In this document: positions 35,765 through 47,930 of the stretch, piece after piece
Numbering within the stretch: position 1 is the first letter of the stretch
How the letters are laid out: each line of letters begins with the position of its first letter
From: an uncultured Acidobacteriaceae bacterium
GTDB taxonomy: Bacteria; Acidobacteriota; Terriglobia; Terriglobales; Acidobacteriaceae
Reading direction: 5' to 3'
Assembly: GCA_963808025.1 (NCBI GenBank)
Contig: CAWEEI010000006.1
Span: 145,519-209,518 of the forward strand
Length of the DNA stretch: 64,000 nucleotides
Notes under the pieces: generated by a model
What the model was told of the DNA's origin: nothing
Seen by the model: only the letters and a program-made list of their open reading frames with translations
The model's database searches: none
Made by a program: the position numbers and the translations under genes

Positions 35765-36530
35765 TCAGCGTAGGCCGGCCAGCTCGCGGGCGCGGACGAA
35801 GACGCGGGCGAACATGGCGCGGTTGAGGCGGCCGGTGTTGGTGTTGCGCAGCGAGGGGTGGTAGCTGCCGAGCAGGTGCAGGCCGTTGGGCAGGGTGTAC
35901 TCGGCGCCGTGGGCGAAGCGGTAGTCGGAGCGGCGGGCGATGACGCCGGCGAGCAGGAGATGGGCGAGGAAGCCGTCCCAGGCGATCTTGCCGAGGCAGA
36001 CGACGACGCGGACCCTGGGCAGCGCGGCGATCTCGGCGGTGAGATGCACGGCGCAGTTGCGAATCTCCTGCGGGGTGGGCTTGTCGCCGGGCGGGGCGCA
36101 GCGGACGACGGAGGCGATCCAGGCGTGGCGCAGGCGCAGGCCGTCGTCGCGGGAGATGGCGCGGGGTTTGGTGGCGAGGCCGAGCTCGTGCAGGACGGGA
36201 TACATGAAGTCGCCGGAGCCGTCGCCGGTGAAGGGGCGGCCGGTGCGGTTGGCGCCGTGGGCGCCGGGGGCGAGGCCGAGGATGAGGATGCGGGCGCGGG
36301 GGTCGCCGAAGCCGGGGACGGGGCGGGCCCAGTAGGTCTGGTCGATGATAGGCGCGGCGGCGGGTCTCGCCGATGCGGGTGCAGTAGTCGCGCAGGCGGG
36401 GGCAGAGCTCGCAGGCGACGATGGAGTCGCGGATACGGTCTAAGTCAGAAGCGGAAGGCTTGGCTGGACGCGGAGAGAGGACACGAGGCAGCGGTTGCGG
36501 TGTGGATGCGGTGCGGGGGATTGAGGTCAC
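35765..36530 (-). CDS. Uracil-DNA glycosylase family 5 (UdgB-like, Fe-S); frameshifted
   Basis: CELCPRL, YWARPVPGFGD, GLAPGAHGANRTGRPFTGD, VRCAPPGDKP, SYHPSLRNTNTGRL. Confidence 0.9.
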
Positions 36531-36673
36531 CTGAGGTTAATAGCACTTTAGTGGTGAGGGCGGATGGACGCGCCCGGCGGATAGATAGAATACATCCGAA
36601 TACATCGGGGCAGGCCAGAGAAAGAGACGGCGGAGATTTGGACGATCCACGAATCGGCGGGATGTATCTGGGG

Positions 36674-37946
36674 ATGGCGCAGGAGTGGTTCTCGGCCCTG
36701 TTCGATCGCGTCTGGCGGCGGGGGCTGATGCGGTCCGGGATGGTGACCGGGCTGGTCCTGGCGATCCTGGTAGTGGGACTGGGTGTGGCATACCGCGAGC
36801 GCGGACGGGGCAACCTGCATAAGCTGAAGGCGAAGATGGAGACTCCGGAGCGTCCGGAGTCGCAGGTGGCTCGGCCGGGCGGCCAGGAGGCGATCACGCT
36901 GATGCGGACGCGACTGGAGGGCGACCCAGTCCGGAGTTCCTCTCGGCCACGCTGCTGCCGGGACGGGGTATGAATGTGCTGCAGATTACGGCCTACATCC
37001 CCGGAAGGGCGAGGTGAAGCTGCTGGCTTCGCCGTCGGTTGAGGAAGCGGACCGCGCGATGAGCGGCAAAGGCGACGATGCGGACGGGCAGGCGAGCCTG
37101 GCGATGGGCGGGGCGTTTGAGGCGCCGTGGGCGGGCGGGATTTGGGGAGCGCCGGCGCAGACCGCAGACCATGTGACGGCGGCGTGGAGGTCGCATACGA
37201 TGACGCTCCCGGCAACGACGGGCAGCGGCGGTTGCGCAGGGCGGTCTGATGCTGGAGGAGCCCACCGACTCCGCGGGAACGACCGCGATGCCGGACGGCG
37301 GAGAGGCGCAGGCGGAGTTCCATGCGGGGGACTTTGGCGCGCACTGGCCCTCGAGGACGGAGGTGACGGTGACCGTGCTGCTGAGCAGCCGCGCCATCGA
37401 GCTGACGGTGACGGCGCGCAACATGGGCGACATGGCCGAGCCGATCGGGATTGGATGGCAGTCCGCGGTTTGCGATGCTCGACGGACGACGGCAGCAGAT
37501 GCGGCTGCGGATCCCGGGCGAGATGCGGGCGGTGCGCGATAGCGCGGCGGGACAGCCGACAGGTGCGCTGGTTCCGGTGGCCGGTACGCCCTACGACTTC
37601 GCCACGAGCGGTGGCGCGGCGCTGGGACAGATGGCGCTGGATGACAGCTTCGTCGACCTGCAACAGGAGCTGCTGGACAGCGGGCCGTCGGCGGAGCTGA
37701 GCGACCCGGCGAACGGCTTTGGACTGCGGCTGACGGCGCTGAGCCCGACCATCAAGACGATGCGTGTGGTTGCGCCGGCGGATGGGGACTTTGTGACGAT
37801 CGACCCGCAGTTCAACTACGACGACCCGTTGGGGCGGGAGTGGGGCAAGGACACGACACGGGATGGTCGTGCTGCAGCCGGGGCAGACGACCCAGTGGAA
37901 GGTGCGGCTGGAGATTTACTCGCTCTCGGATGCGGCCTCGATGTAG
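36674..37946 (+). CDS. Membrane-anchored aldose 1-epimerase (galactose mutarotase-like) protein; frameshifted
   Basis: N-terminal TM; TLLPGRGMNVLQI, ARNMGDMAEPIGIGW, GTPYDF, LDDSF, IDPQFNYDDP. Confidence 0.75.
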
Positions 37947-38096
37947 TGTGGCGCGCGCAAGGCGAGGCAAGCGGGTTTGACCCTTCCCAAGCAAGACTCG
38001 TAGAGTGGATGAGGACGCTGGAGTTGGTCTGCGACCGATTACGGCGCGCGCTTGGGACAGCTTTGGGCGTCCGTGGAAGGCATTGATTTGAACCCG

Positions 38097-39575
38097 ATGG
38101 GAATAACGGAAGAGAACGAGACGATGACGGACGAGGCAGTGACGGAGCATGTGGGGACGCAGTTGGAGGCGGTACCGGGCGCGGAGCATGAGCACAGCCA
38201 TGAGCATGGGGAGCACAGCCACGACCATGAAGGGCACGACCACAGCCACGAACATCAGCACGCCCCGTCGCTGAATCCGGAGCTGACGCGTGAGATTGAG
38301 GTTGAGGTGCCGGCGGACGAGGTCTCGAAGGCCTACAAGACGGTGACCAAGCGGTACCAGAAGCTGGCGCGGATTCCGGGGTTTCGCGCGGGCAAGGTGC
38401 CGGAGTCGCTGGTGCGGTCGAAGTTTGCGAAGGAGCTGCGCCAGGAGGTGCTGGAGGCGCTGGTGTCCGAGCGGTTCCGCACGGCGATCGAGGAGCGCAA
38501 GCTGCGGCCGGTGTCGGAGCCGCAACTGCTGGACCTGCAGCTGAACGATGGCGAGCCGCTGCGCTTCAAGGCGGCGTTTGAGGTGCTGCCGGAGTTCGAC
38601 GTCGCGGGCTACGACACGGTGCGGGTGGAGAAGCCGAAGACGGAGCTGACGGACGAGGAGTTTGAGAGCGAGCTGCGGCGGGTGCTGGAGAGCCAGGCGA
38701 CGGTCGAGCCGGTGGAAGAGGACCGCGCGCTGGCGGACGGCGACTGGGCGGAGATCCAGTTCCGCGGCGAGATCAAGCCGCTGGCGCAGACGGTGACCGA
38801 GGAGGGCGTCGCAGGACGCGACGCCGAGCGAGCCGATTACCGGCGAGGATGTGCTGATCGAGATTGGCGGCAAGAACACGCTGGCCGGCGTTCAACGATG
38901 CGCTGCGCGGAGCGAAGGTGGGGCAGGAGCTGAAGTTCGAGGTCGAGTATCCGGCGGACTTTGGCGAGCGCAAGCTGGCCGGGCAGACGGTGAGCTACGA
39001 CGTGACGGTGAAGGCGATCAAGCGCAAGACCTATCCCGGAGCGCGATGCGGAGCTGGCCAAGCAGATTGGCGGCGCGGAGAGCTGGGAGGAGTTCGAGAG
39101 CGTCAGCTGCGCGAGCGCACGGCGCGCGCGCAAGCGCGAGGCGCTGGAGTCGAACGCGAAGAACCAGATGCTGGACGAGGTGGTCGGGCGGTATGAGTTC
39201 CCTGTTCCGGAGTCGTTTGTGCAGCAGCAGGTGGATGCGCGGCTGGAGCGCGGTCTGCGCGCGCTGGCGCAGCAGGGCATGAAGGCGGAGGACATGCGCA
39301 AGCTGGACTTTGCGCGGCTGCGTGCGGCGCAGCGCGACGAGGCGGAGCGCGAGGTGCGGGCATCGCTGGTGGTGGACCGGATCGCGGACGCCGAGAGCGT
39401 GGCGGTGAGCGACGAGGAGCTGGACAACGAGGTGATGATGCTGTCGATCCAGGCGCGCGAGCCGTACGAGACGCTGCGTGAGCGGCTGGCGAAGGACGGC
39501 GGACTGGACCGGCTGCGCGAAGAGATGCGGCGGGAGAAGACGGGCAGCGTGCTGTACGAGAAGCTGGCTTCGTAG
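38097..39575 (+). CDS. tig: Trigger factor with His-rich N-terminal extension; frameshifted
   Basis: IPGFRAGKVP ribosome-binding loop, FEVLPEF, FKBP-like region, FPVPESFV; upstream of clpP. Confidence 0.93.
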
Positions 39576-39593
39576 AGCGAGACAAGGCAAATA

Positions 39594-39630
39594 CGAGATT
39601 CTGCCCTCGCTAGCTCGGGTCAGAATGACG
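39594..39630 (+). repeat. REP-like palindrome family B
   Basis: gagattctgccc-tcgctagctc-gggtcagaatgacg. Confidence 0.75.
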
Positions 39631-39673
39631 GCAAACGGAAAGAACGCAGCATTAAGAAGGAAGAGAGAGCGAC

Positions 39674-40264
39674 ATGGGATTAGTACCGATGGTGATCGAG
39701 CAGACGAGCCGGGGCGAACGCGCCTACGACATCTACAGCCGTCTGCTGCGCGACAACATCATTTTTCTGGGCACGCCGATCGACGACAACATCGCGAACG
39801 TGATCATCGCGCAGATGCTGTTTCTGAGCGGCGAGGACCCGGAGAAGGACATCCAGCTGTACATCAACTCGCCGGGCGGGTCGATCACGGCGGGCCTGGC
39901 GATCTACGACACGATGCAGTACATCAAGAACGATGTGGTGACGTTCTGCATCGGGCAGGCGGCGTCGATGGGCGCGTTTCTGCTGATGGCGGGCAAGAAG
40001 GGCAAGCGGTTTGCGCTGCCGAACTCGCGCATCCTGATCCATCAGCCGTCGATGGGCGGGCTGAGCGGGCAGGCGACCGACATCGACATTCACGCGCGCG
40101 AGATCCTGCGCATCCGCGAGATCACCAACAAGCTGATGAGCAAGTCGACGGGCCAGTCGCTGGACCGGATCGAGCGCGACGTGGAGCGCGACTTCATCAT
40201 GACGGCGGCGCAGTCGAAGGAGTACGGCATCATCGACGACATCATCGACCGGCCGCGGACTTAG
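39674..40264 (+). CDS. clpP: ATP-dependent Clp protease proteolytic subunit
   Basis: [31 protein letters not shown]. Confidence 0.98.
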   Translation: MGLVPMVIEQTSRGERAYDIYSRLLRDNIIFLGTPIDDNIANVIIAQMLFLSGEDPEKDIQLYINSPGGSITAGLAIYDTMQYIKNDVVTFCIGQAASMGAFLLMAGKKGKRFALPNSRILIHQPSMGGLSGQATDIDIHAREILRIREITNKLMSKSTGQSLDRIERDVERDFIMTAAQSKEYGIIDDIIDRPRT

Positions 40265-40280
40265 GCAGCGCTACTCGAAG

Positions 40281-40312
40281 GCAAGCCCCGGCGAATGGCC
40301 GGGGTTTGCTTT
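40281..40312 (+). terminator. Hairpin after clpP
   Basis: gcaagccccggc-gaatg-gccggggtttgc-ttt. Confidence 0.55.
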
Positions 40313-40451
40313 GGTACGTGTGACTGAGGTACTTGCGTGACCTGAAAGGGGTATCCGGGTGACTTCCGTGTAGTGGGCGGCAGCGCGGATTCGGGTGTAG
40401 ACTTAAGACTGTTCCCAGCACGACCGGTCCGATTCCAGGAGTTGCCGCAAC

Positions 40452-41739
<1,288 letters not shown>

Positions 41740-41978
41740 GGATTTTTCCGTTACTGAAGTAATCGTGGCGGCGTATCCAAACCAACAATTGATCGGAGCG
41801 GCAGGCGTAATTCGCCAGCAATGGCGGCAGGTTGCGCGCGCAATCGATGCGATTGGACATCTTTTTTACGATCCCACCAAAGTGCCGGGTGCGCTTTGGG
41901 CCGCAGGCATTACAATCACTGGAAGTGTTAACCGCAGGTTGCATCCTGACCGGCGTCGCACGTCTAATGGGGAGAACG

Positions 41979-44409
41979 ATGGCAAACCAATCGAAGACCG
42001 TTTTGACCGGCGAAGTCCGCAAGCTGCCGATGATGCCGATCCGGGACATGGTGATCTTCCCCCATATGATGACTCCGTTTGTGGTGGGGCGGGAGTCGAG
42101 CGTGCGCGCGCTGGAAGAGGCGCTGACCGGCGACCGCAAGATCTTTCTGGCGACGCAGCACGATGCCTCGGTGGATGAGCCGAGCGCGGACGATATCTAC
42201 GAGACCGGCACCATCGGCAATATCGTGCAGAGCGTGCGCATGCCGGACGGCAACATCAAGGTGCTGGTGGAGGGCGTGGAGCGGGCGCGCTCGATTGAGG
42301 TGAACGACGAGGACGGCTTCTTCGTCGCGACCGTGCGCACCGGCAAGACGCAGCTGGAGATGACGCCGCAGGTGGAGCAGCTGATGCAGCGCGTGCATAC
42401 GCTGTTCGAGCAGTATGTGAAGCTGCAGCAGTCGCTGAACCACGAGACCATGGCGGCGAGCGTGCGCATGGACGAGCCGGCCAAGCTGGCGGACACCATT
42501 GCGGCGAACCTGCAGCTGGGGATCGATGAGAAGCAGCAACTGCTGGATGTCTTCGATCCGGAGACGCGGCTGGCGCGCGTGGGCGATGTGCTGGACGTGG
42601 CGATTGAGAAGCTGAACATGGACCGCACCATCCAGTCGCGCGTGAAGCGGCAGATGGAGAAGGCGCAGAAAGAGTACTACCTGAACGAGAAGATCAAGGC
42701 GATCCAGAAGGAGCTTGGGCGCGGCGAGAAGTCCGAGTTCGACGAGCTGAAGAAGAAGATCGAAGCCGCCGGAATGCCGAAGGACGTGCTGGAGAAAGTC
42801 GCTGCAGGAGCTGAAGAAGCTGGAAGCGATGCCGCCGATGTCGGCCGAGTCGACGGTCTCGCGGAACTATCTCGACTGGCTGCTGGCGGTGCCGTGGAAG
42901 AAGCGCTCGAAGGAGATCCGCTCGATCGAACACGCGGAGACGATCCTGAACGCGGACCACTATGGCCTGGAGAAGATCAAGGAGCGCATCCTGGAGTTCC
43001 TCGCGGTGCGCCAGCTGGTGAAGAATCCGAAGGGATCGATCCTGTGCTTCGTCGGGCCTCCGGGCGTGGGCAAGACCTCGCTCGGGCATGTCGATCGCGA
43101 AGGCGACGGGCCGGAAGTTTGTGCGCATGTCGCTGGGCGGCGTGCGCGACGAGGCGGAGATTCGCGGGCATCGCAGGACCTACATCGGCGCGCTGCCGGG
43201 GCAGATTATCCAGTCGATGAAGAAGGCGGGCACGAAGAACCCGGTGTTCATGCTGGACGAGATCGACAAGATGGCGTCGGACTTCCGCGGCGATCCGGCG
43301 AGCGCGCTGCTCGAGGTGCTGGACCCGGAGCAGAACACTTCGTTCCAGGACCACTATCTGGATGTGGAGTACGACCTCTCGAACGTGCTGTTTGTGGCGA
43401 CGGCGAACGTGCTGCATACCATCCCCGGGCCGCTGCAGGACCGCATGGAGATCCTGCGGCTGCATGGCTACACCGAGATCGAGAAGCTGGAGATCGCGCA
43501 AGCAGTATCTGGTGAAGAAGCAGCGCGAAGGCACGGGCCTGACCGAAGAGCAGATCGTCTTTGAGGACGACGCGCTGAAGGCGATCATCCGCAACTACAC
43601 GCGCGAGGCCGGCGTGCGCAATCTGGAGCGCGAGATCGGCAACGTCTGCCGCAAGGTGGCGCGCAAGGTGGTGCAGACCGGGCCGGAGCATCGCGAGGTG
43701 CTGACCGGCGAGAACCTAGGCGAGCTGCTGGGCGTGGCGAAGTTCCGCGACTCGCAGGTGCATGAGAAGAGCGAGGTCGGCCTGGTGACCGGACTGGCGT
43801 GGACGGAGGTCGGCGGCACGCATTCTGCAGACCGAAGTTCAGGTGCTGGATGGCAAGGGCAAGCTGACCACGACCGGCCAGCTGGGCGAGGTGATGCAGG
43901 AGTCGGCGCAGGCGGCGATGAGCTACATCCGCTCGCGCGCGCAGCACCTGGGGCTGGGCAAGGAGTTCTACCGGCACGTCGACATCCACGTGCATGTGCC
44001 CGAGGGCGCGATCCCGAAGGATGGGCCGTCGGCGGGCATTACGCTGGCGACCGGCACTGGCCAGCGCGCTGACCAAGATCAAGGTGCGGCGCGATATCGC
44101 GATGACCGGCGAGATCACGCTGCGCGGCAAGGTACTGGCGATCGGCGGCCTGAAGGAGAAGCTGCTGGCGGCGCATCGCGCGGGGATCTTCGAGGTGATT
44201 GTGCCGGAGGACAACCGCAAGGACATGGCCGACATGCCGGAGCTGCTGAAGACGGAGATGAAGCTGCACTTCGTCGGAGCAGATGGATGAGGTGCTGCAG
44301 ATTGCGCTGGAGGAGAAGCTGCCGGAGCTGGCCGAGGAGACGCCGGTGGCGCTGGCCGCGGTGATGCCGCCGGTGCTGCCTGATGTCGCAGCCGGTGGCA
44401 CACCAGTAG
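41979..44409 (+). CDS. lon: Lon protease; frameshifted
   Basis: [56 protein letters not shown]. Confidence 0.97.
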
Positions 44410-44434
44410 GGTTGAATGCTTTGAAGTACGCCGA

Positions 44435-44464
44435 AGGCCGGGCCTGATGAGGTCCGGCCTTTTG
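44435..44464 (+). terminator. Intrinsic terminator after lon
   Basis: aggccgggcct-gatg-aggtccggcct-ttt. Confidence 0.75.
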
Positions 44465-44487
44465 CTGTGCCTGCCCCCTGAGTTGGA

Positions 44488-44775
44488 CTAGTTCATGTGA
44501 GAAGGCGCGCCATAGGGAACGACCATGCGAGCTTCATCGTATTCGCCGCGCCACTGCATTACCGTCTCCGGCTTTTTGCTATAGTGTCTCACCGCGAGCT
44601 CCAGACATGTGGTCATTCCGGTCTTGTCCTTAACGTTGGCCAGGTGCCGCCTGACCGTCTCAATCCCAATGCCCAGGCGGCGGGCAATGTCCTTGTAGGT
44701 CATCGCCTCTTCCACAACGAGCAGATAGACCTCGCGTTCACGCGGCGTCAGTTCGGGATGGATGTCGTCTCTCAA
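44488..44775 (-). CDS. Stand-alone LuxR-type HTH protein
   Basis: ELTPREREVYLLVVEEAMTYKDIARRLGIGIETVRRHLANVKDKTG; TTG start overlaps the upstream stop. Confidence 0.75.
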   Translation of the reverse strand: MRDDIHPELTPREREVYLLVVEEAMTYKDIARRLGIGIETVRRHLANVKDKTGMTTCLELAVRHYSKKPETVMQWRGEYDEARMVVPYGAPSHMN

Positions 44776-45398
44776 GGCGTGAGGGGCACCGCGCAGATCA
44801 GGCTGGACGTTCCACTGGTGAAGGTCTGGCCAAAGCTGCATTGCAGGGTGACGCCATCGAGCGTCAGGCTCATCTGGATGCCGGAGAGCAGCGTGCCCAC
44901 CAGTTGCGCGAGAGGCACCATTCCCGACGTGGGGCTGAAGACCATCGCATCGACCGAGCCCGGGACGATGTTAATATTCGACAGGGTCACGATATAGACC
45001 TGGCCGGGAGGGACCGGGATGGCCGGTCCCGTCGTCACAGTCCCTGTCGCAGGAATGTTGATGGTGGTCACAAGCGCGGGCGTCACCGAGGTATTGGTCG
45101 AGGTCACCGACTGTACGGTGGCGATCTCCAGCACCTGGAGCAGCTTCGCTACTCCTGGATCGGGATCGGGAAACTTATACTGGCCGTCGAAATAGGCAGT
45201 CGGGTTGATGGTGGTTGCGGCCGCGACTGTAACCGAGGCCGACCATTTGTTGTCAATCGTGTCGCCGAGCCGGTAGGTCGCTCCCGCAGGCAGCGCAACG
45301 GAGAGGGTTGAGCTTTCCGGGGCAACGGTCACCCAGGTCTGCGCATGAAGCATGGGGACGAAGAGGAGAGGCGCGATATAGCGTAGAAGTCTGATCAT
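44772..45398 (-). CDS. Secreted Thr/Val-rich hypothetical protein
   Basis: GGAGG-like context absent but clear signal peptide MIRLLRYIAPLLFVPMLHAQ; FPDPDPGVAKLLQV motif. Confidence 0.7.
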   Translation of the reverse strand: MIRLLRYIAPLLFVPMLHAQTWVTVAPESSTLSVALPAGATYRLGDTIDNKWSASVTVAAATTINPTAYFDGQYKFPDPDPGVAKLLQVLEIATVQSVTSTNTSVTPALVTTINIPATGTVTTGPAIPVPPGQVYIVTLSNINIVPGSVDAMVFSPTSGMVPLAQLVGTLLSGIQMSLTLDGVTLQCSFGQTFTSGTSSLICAVPLTP

Positions 45399-45447
45399 TT
45401 GGAGGTTTACCGGGGGTCAATGTCATCGATCTGCCCATTATGGGAAA

Positions 45448-45518
45448 GTGCAGTGGGGGTATCTTTTACCATGGCTTGACTCTCGTCAAGCGCGACTGGT
45501 CAATCCAGCTCACTGCAC
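45448..45518. ncRNA. Candidate structured RNA (four-way junction)
   Basis: P1 gtgcagtg/cactgcac, P2 ggta/tacc, P3 gcttgac/gtcaagc, P4 ctgg/ccag. Confidence 0.5.
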
Positions 45519-45623
45519 ACAGGGAAACGGCAGATAGCCATACTGGCCTTCTAAGTTGACGGGATGTGGCGTAGGAGTCGCGCGATCGGCCCTCTCGATA
45601 GAGGACCGATACTTACGCCGCTG

Positions 45624-45776
45624 CTAGCCTGCGCTTCGACTTCCCGCGATGAAGTGCAGGATAAGAGAGATGAGGGCGAAGAGCAGAAGCAGATGAATCA
45701 GCAGACCAGCGGTCTTGAAGAGAATGAACCCGCCAATCCACAACGCGAACAGGACGAGCGCGAGTATGAGATACAT
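45624..45776 (-). CDS. lmo0937/DUF5670-like small membrane protein
   Basis: MYLILALVLFALWIGGFILFKTAGLLIHLLLLFALISLILHFIAG; GAGG RBS. Confidence 0.8.
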   Translation of the reverse strand: MYLILALVLFALWIGGFILFKTAGLLIHLLLLFALISLILHFIAGSRSAG

Positions 45777-45967
45777 TGCTGACGTCCTCTTAGCCCCTCT
45801 GCGCACGGCGTGCAGGCAAATGGGAGCAACTCTAACTCATTTAGACGAAGGGCGCAGGATTTCGTTGCCTGGAATTGGCGCAATGATGACGAGAATAAGT
45901 CGGAAATTGTGATGTTTCTGCTTCAGATCGACAATAGGCAGATTTGATCGCCCTGCAGGATCTGCCC

Positions 45968-46251
45968 TCAGCCGCAGCCGCCGGCGATGGAGGGGATCAG
46001 CATCACCTCATCGCCATCCTGGAAGGCATAGGCGTCGCCGCCGAGGAAGCGAATGTCCTCGTCGTTGATGTAGATGTTGATGAACTTGCGCAGCTTGCCG
46101 TGCTCGTCCTTGATCTGGGTGGAGAGCGCAGGAAACGTCTGGTCGAACTCGGCGAGCAGACGCGGGAAGGTTCGGCGCGGCTCGAGTCGAATTGCTTGCG
46201 GCCATCGGTGTGGCGGGTGAATGCGGTGGGAAGCACAACTTTGATGGACAC
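45968..46251 (-). CDS. MoaD/ThiS/CysO-family ubiquitin-like sulfur carrier; frameshifted
   Basis: VSIKVVLPTAFTRHTDG...LRKFINIYINDEDIRFL..DGDEVMLIPSIAGGCG*. Confidence 0.88.
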
Positions 46252-47539
46252 TAACGTTCTCCTGCGGCGGCAAGTTCGGGTTCGGGTGCTCCGTCGAGCG
46301 AGCGCAGGTAGGCGTCGAAGTCGGCGAGGCGCGGACGGATGGCGCGGCGCGTCGATGTGGTCGTAACGGCCGGCCAGCGCGTCGGTGGTCTTGAGGCCGT
46401 TGCCGGTGATGCAGACGACCGTGGTCTCATCGGGCGAGATGCGCCCGTGCGCGTAGAGGCGCGCGGTGACGGCAGTGGTGACGCCGCCGGCGGTCTCGGT
46501 GAAGATGCCTTCGGTCTCGGCGAGCTCTTGAATGCCGGAGACGATCTCGACATCCGAAACGTCCTCGGCCCAGCCGCCGTCGGCGCGGATCATCTTCGCG
46601 GCCGCCGGTCCGTCCGCGGGGTTGCCGATGGCGAGCGAGCGGGCAATCGTGTTGGGCTTCTGCGGGATGATGTCGTCGGTGCCGTCCTTGACGGCGACGG
46701 AGATGGGCGAGCAGCCGGTGGCCTGCGCGCCGAAGAACTTCACCGGCTTGTCCTCCACCAGGCCGAGGTAGATCAGCTCCTTGAACGCCTTGCGGATCTT
46801 GCGGATCAGCGAGCCGCCGGCCATGGGGACGACGACGTTGTCGGGCAGGCGCCAGCCAAGCTGCTCGGCGATCTCATAGCCCACGGTCTTCGATCCTTCC
46901 GCGTAGTACGGCCGCAGGTTGACGTTGACGAAGCCCCAGTTGTACTCATCCGCGATCAGCGTGGAGAGGCGGTTGACGTGGTCGTAGTTGCCGTCGATGC
47001 GGATGAGCCGCGCGCCGTAGACCAGCGTGTTGAGGATCTTCGCCGGCTCGAGATCCGCGGGCACCAGGATGCAGGCCTTCAGGCCGAGGCGCACGGCCTG
47101 CGCCGCAACCGCGTTCGCGAGATTGCCAGTCGAAGAGCAGCCGACGGTGGTGAAGCCGAAGCTGCGCGCATTGGCCAGCGCGACCGCGACCACACGGTCC
47201 TTGAAGCTGAGCGTCGGGAAGCAGACCGCGTCATTCTTCACATAGAGATTGATTGGCGCCGATGCGCTTGCCGAGGTTGGCGGCGTGGAGCAGCGGCGTA
47301 AAGCCTACGGGCAGGTCGGGCTGGAAGCCCTCAGGAACGGGCAGAAGGCGGGCGTAGCGCCAGATGCTGGCCGGGCCTTTGGCGATGGACTCGCGGGTAA
47401 ATTCGCCGCGGGCGGAGTCGAGATCGTAGACGACTTCAAGGGGTGCGATGCAGTCCGGGCAGGCGGAGAGCGGAATGTTGCCGAAGCGTTTGCCGCACTC
47501 GTTGCAGGCGAGCTCATACGCGGTACACGAATAGTTCAT
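46251..47539 (-). CDS. Threonine-synthase-like PLP enzyme (probable O-phosphohomoserine sulfhydrylase); frameshifted
   Basis: N-terminal CNEC..CPDC, PTLSFKDR (PLP Lys), SSTGNLA, YAEGSKT, PMAGGS, ETAGG, ITGNGLK. Confidence 0.9.
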
Positions 47540-47671
47540 CGAGTGTCGATCTCTCTCCGAGGGGGAGAGGTTCGATCTCTGAGACGTTCTCTTCTGGGTT
47601 TGCCGTGGCGGCGAGGGAAAGGAGAATTGCGGGTGCGTCTGGAGTTTGCCCCTCCGGACTGCGTGGTCCGA

Positions 47672-47790
47672 ATCTCATGTTCCCTGTGGCTTTTTGAGCC
47701 TTCCAGGAGAGAGTTGACACCGGTACGACTTGTTCTGTCCGGTTGTCGTGGCGTCTCAGGGCTCGTCCCTCAGCCACTCTGCATGAAATT
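47672..47790 (-). promoter_or_regulatory. SAM-I riboswitch (variant)
   Basis: Minus strand TTCATGCAGAGTGGCTGAGGGACGAGCCCTGAGACGCCACGACAACCG...CGGTGTCAACTC...GGGAACATGAG matches SAM-I P1, kink-turn P2, P3 and pseudoknot layout. Confidence 0.85.
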
Positions 47791-47930
47791 CAAATCTGCC
47801 GCGAGGCAGACTGGAATAGAACTACCCTAACATAAGCATTCTTCAGGCGCAACTAAGTCCGGGGGAATCAACGTCACTAGATCGTGGCAAATGGCCGAGT
47901 TACAAGCTACGATGAGGGGAGGGTAAGAAG

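Noticed and set aside
36540-36566. CIRCE-like half site (tagcact)
   Set aside because: The second arm GAGTGCTAA is absent
45448-45518. Cloverleaf as a functional tRNA-Glu(CTC)
   Set aside because: Lacks the TTCRA T-loop, a 7-nt anticodon loop, D-loop GG and CCA; kept only as an ncRNA candidate
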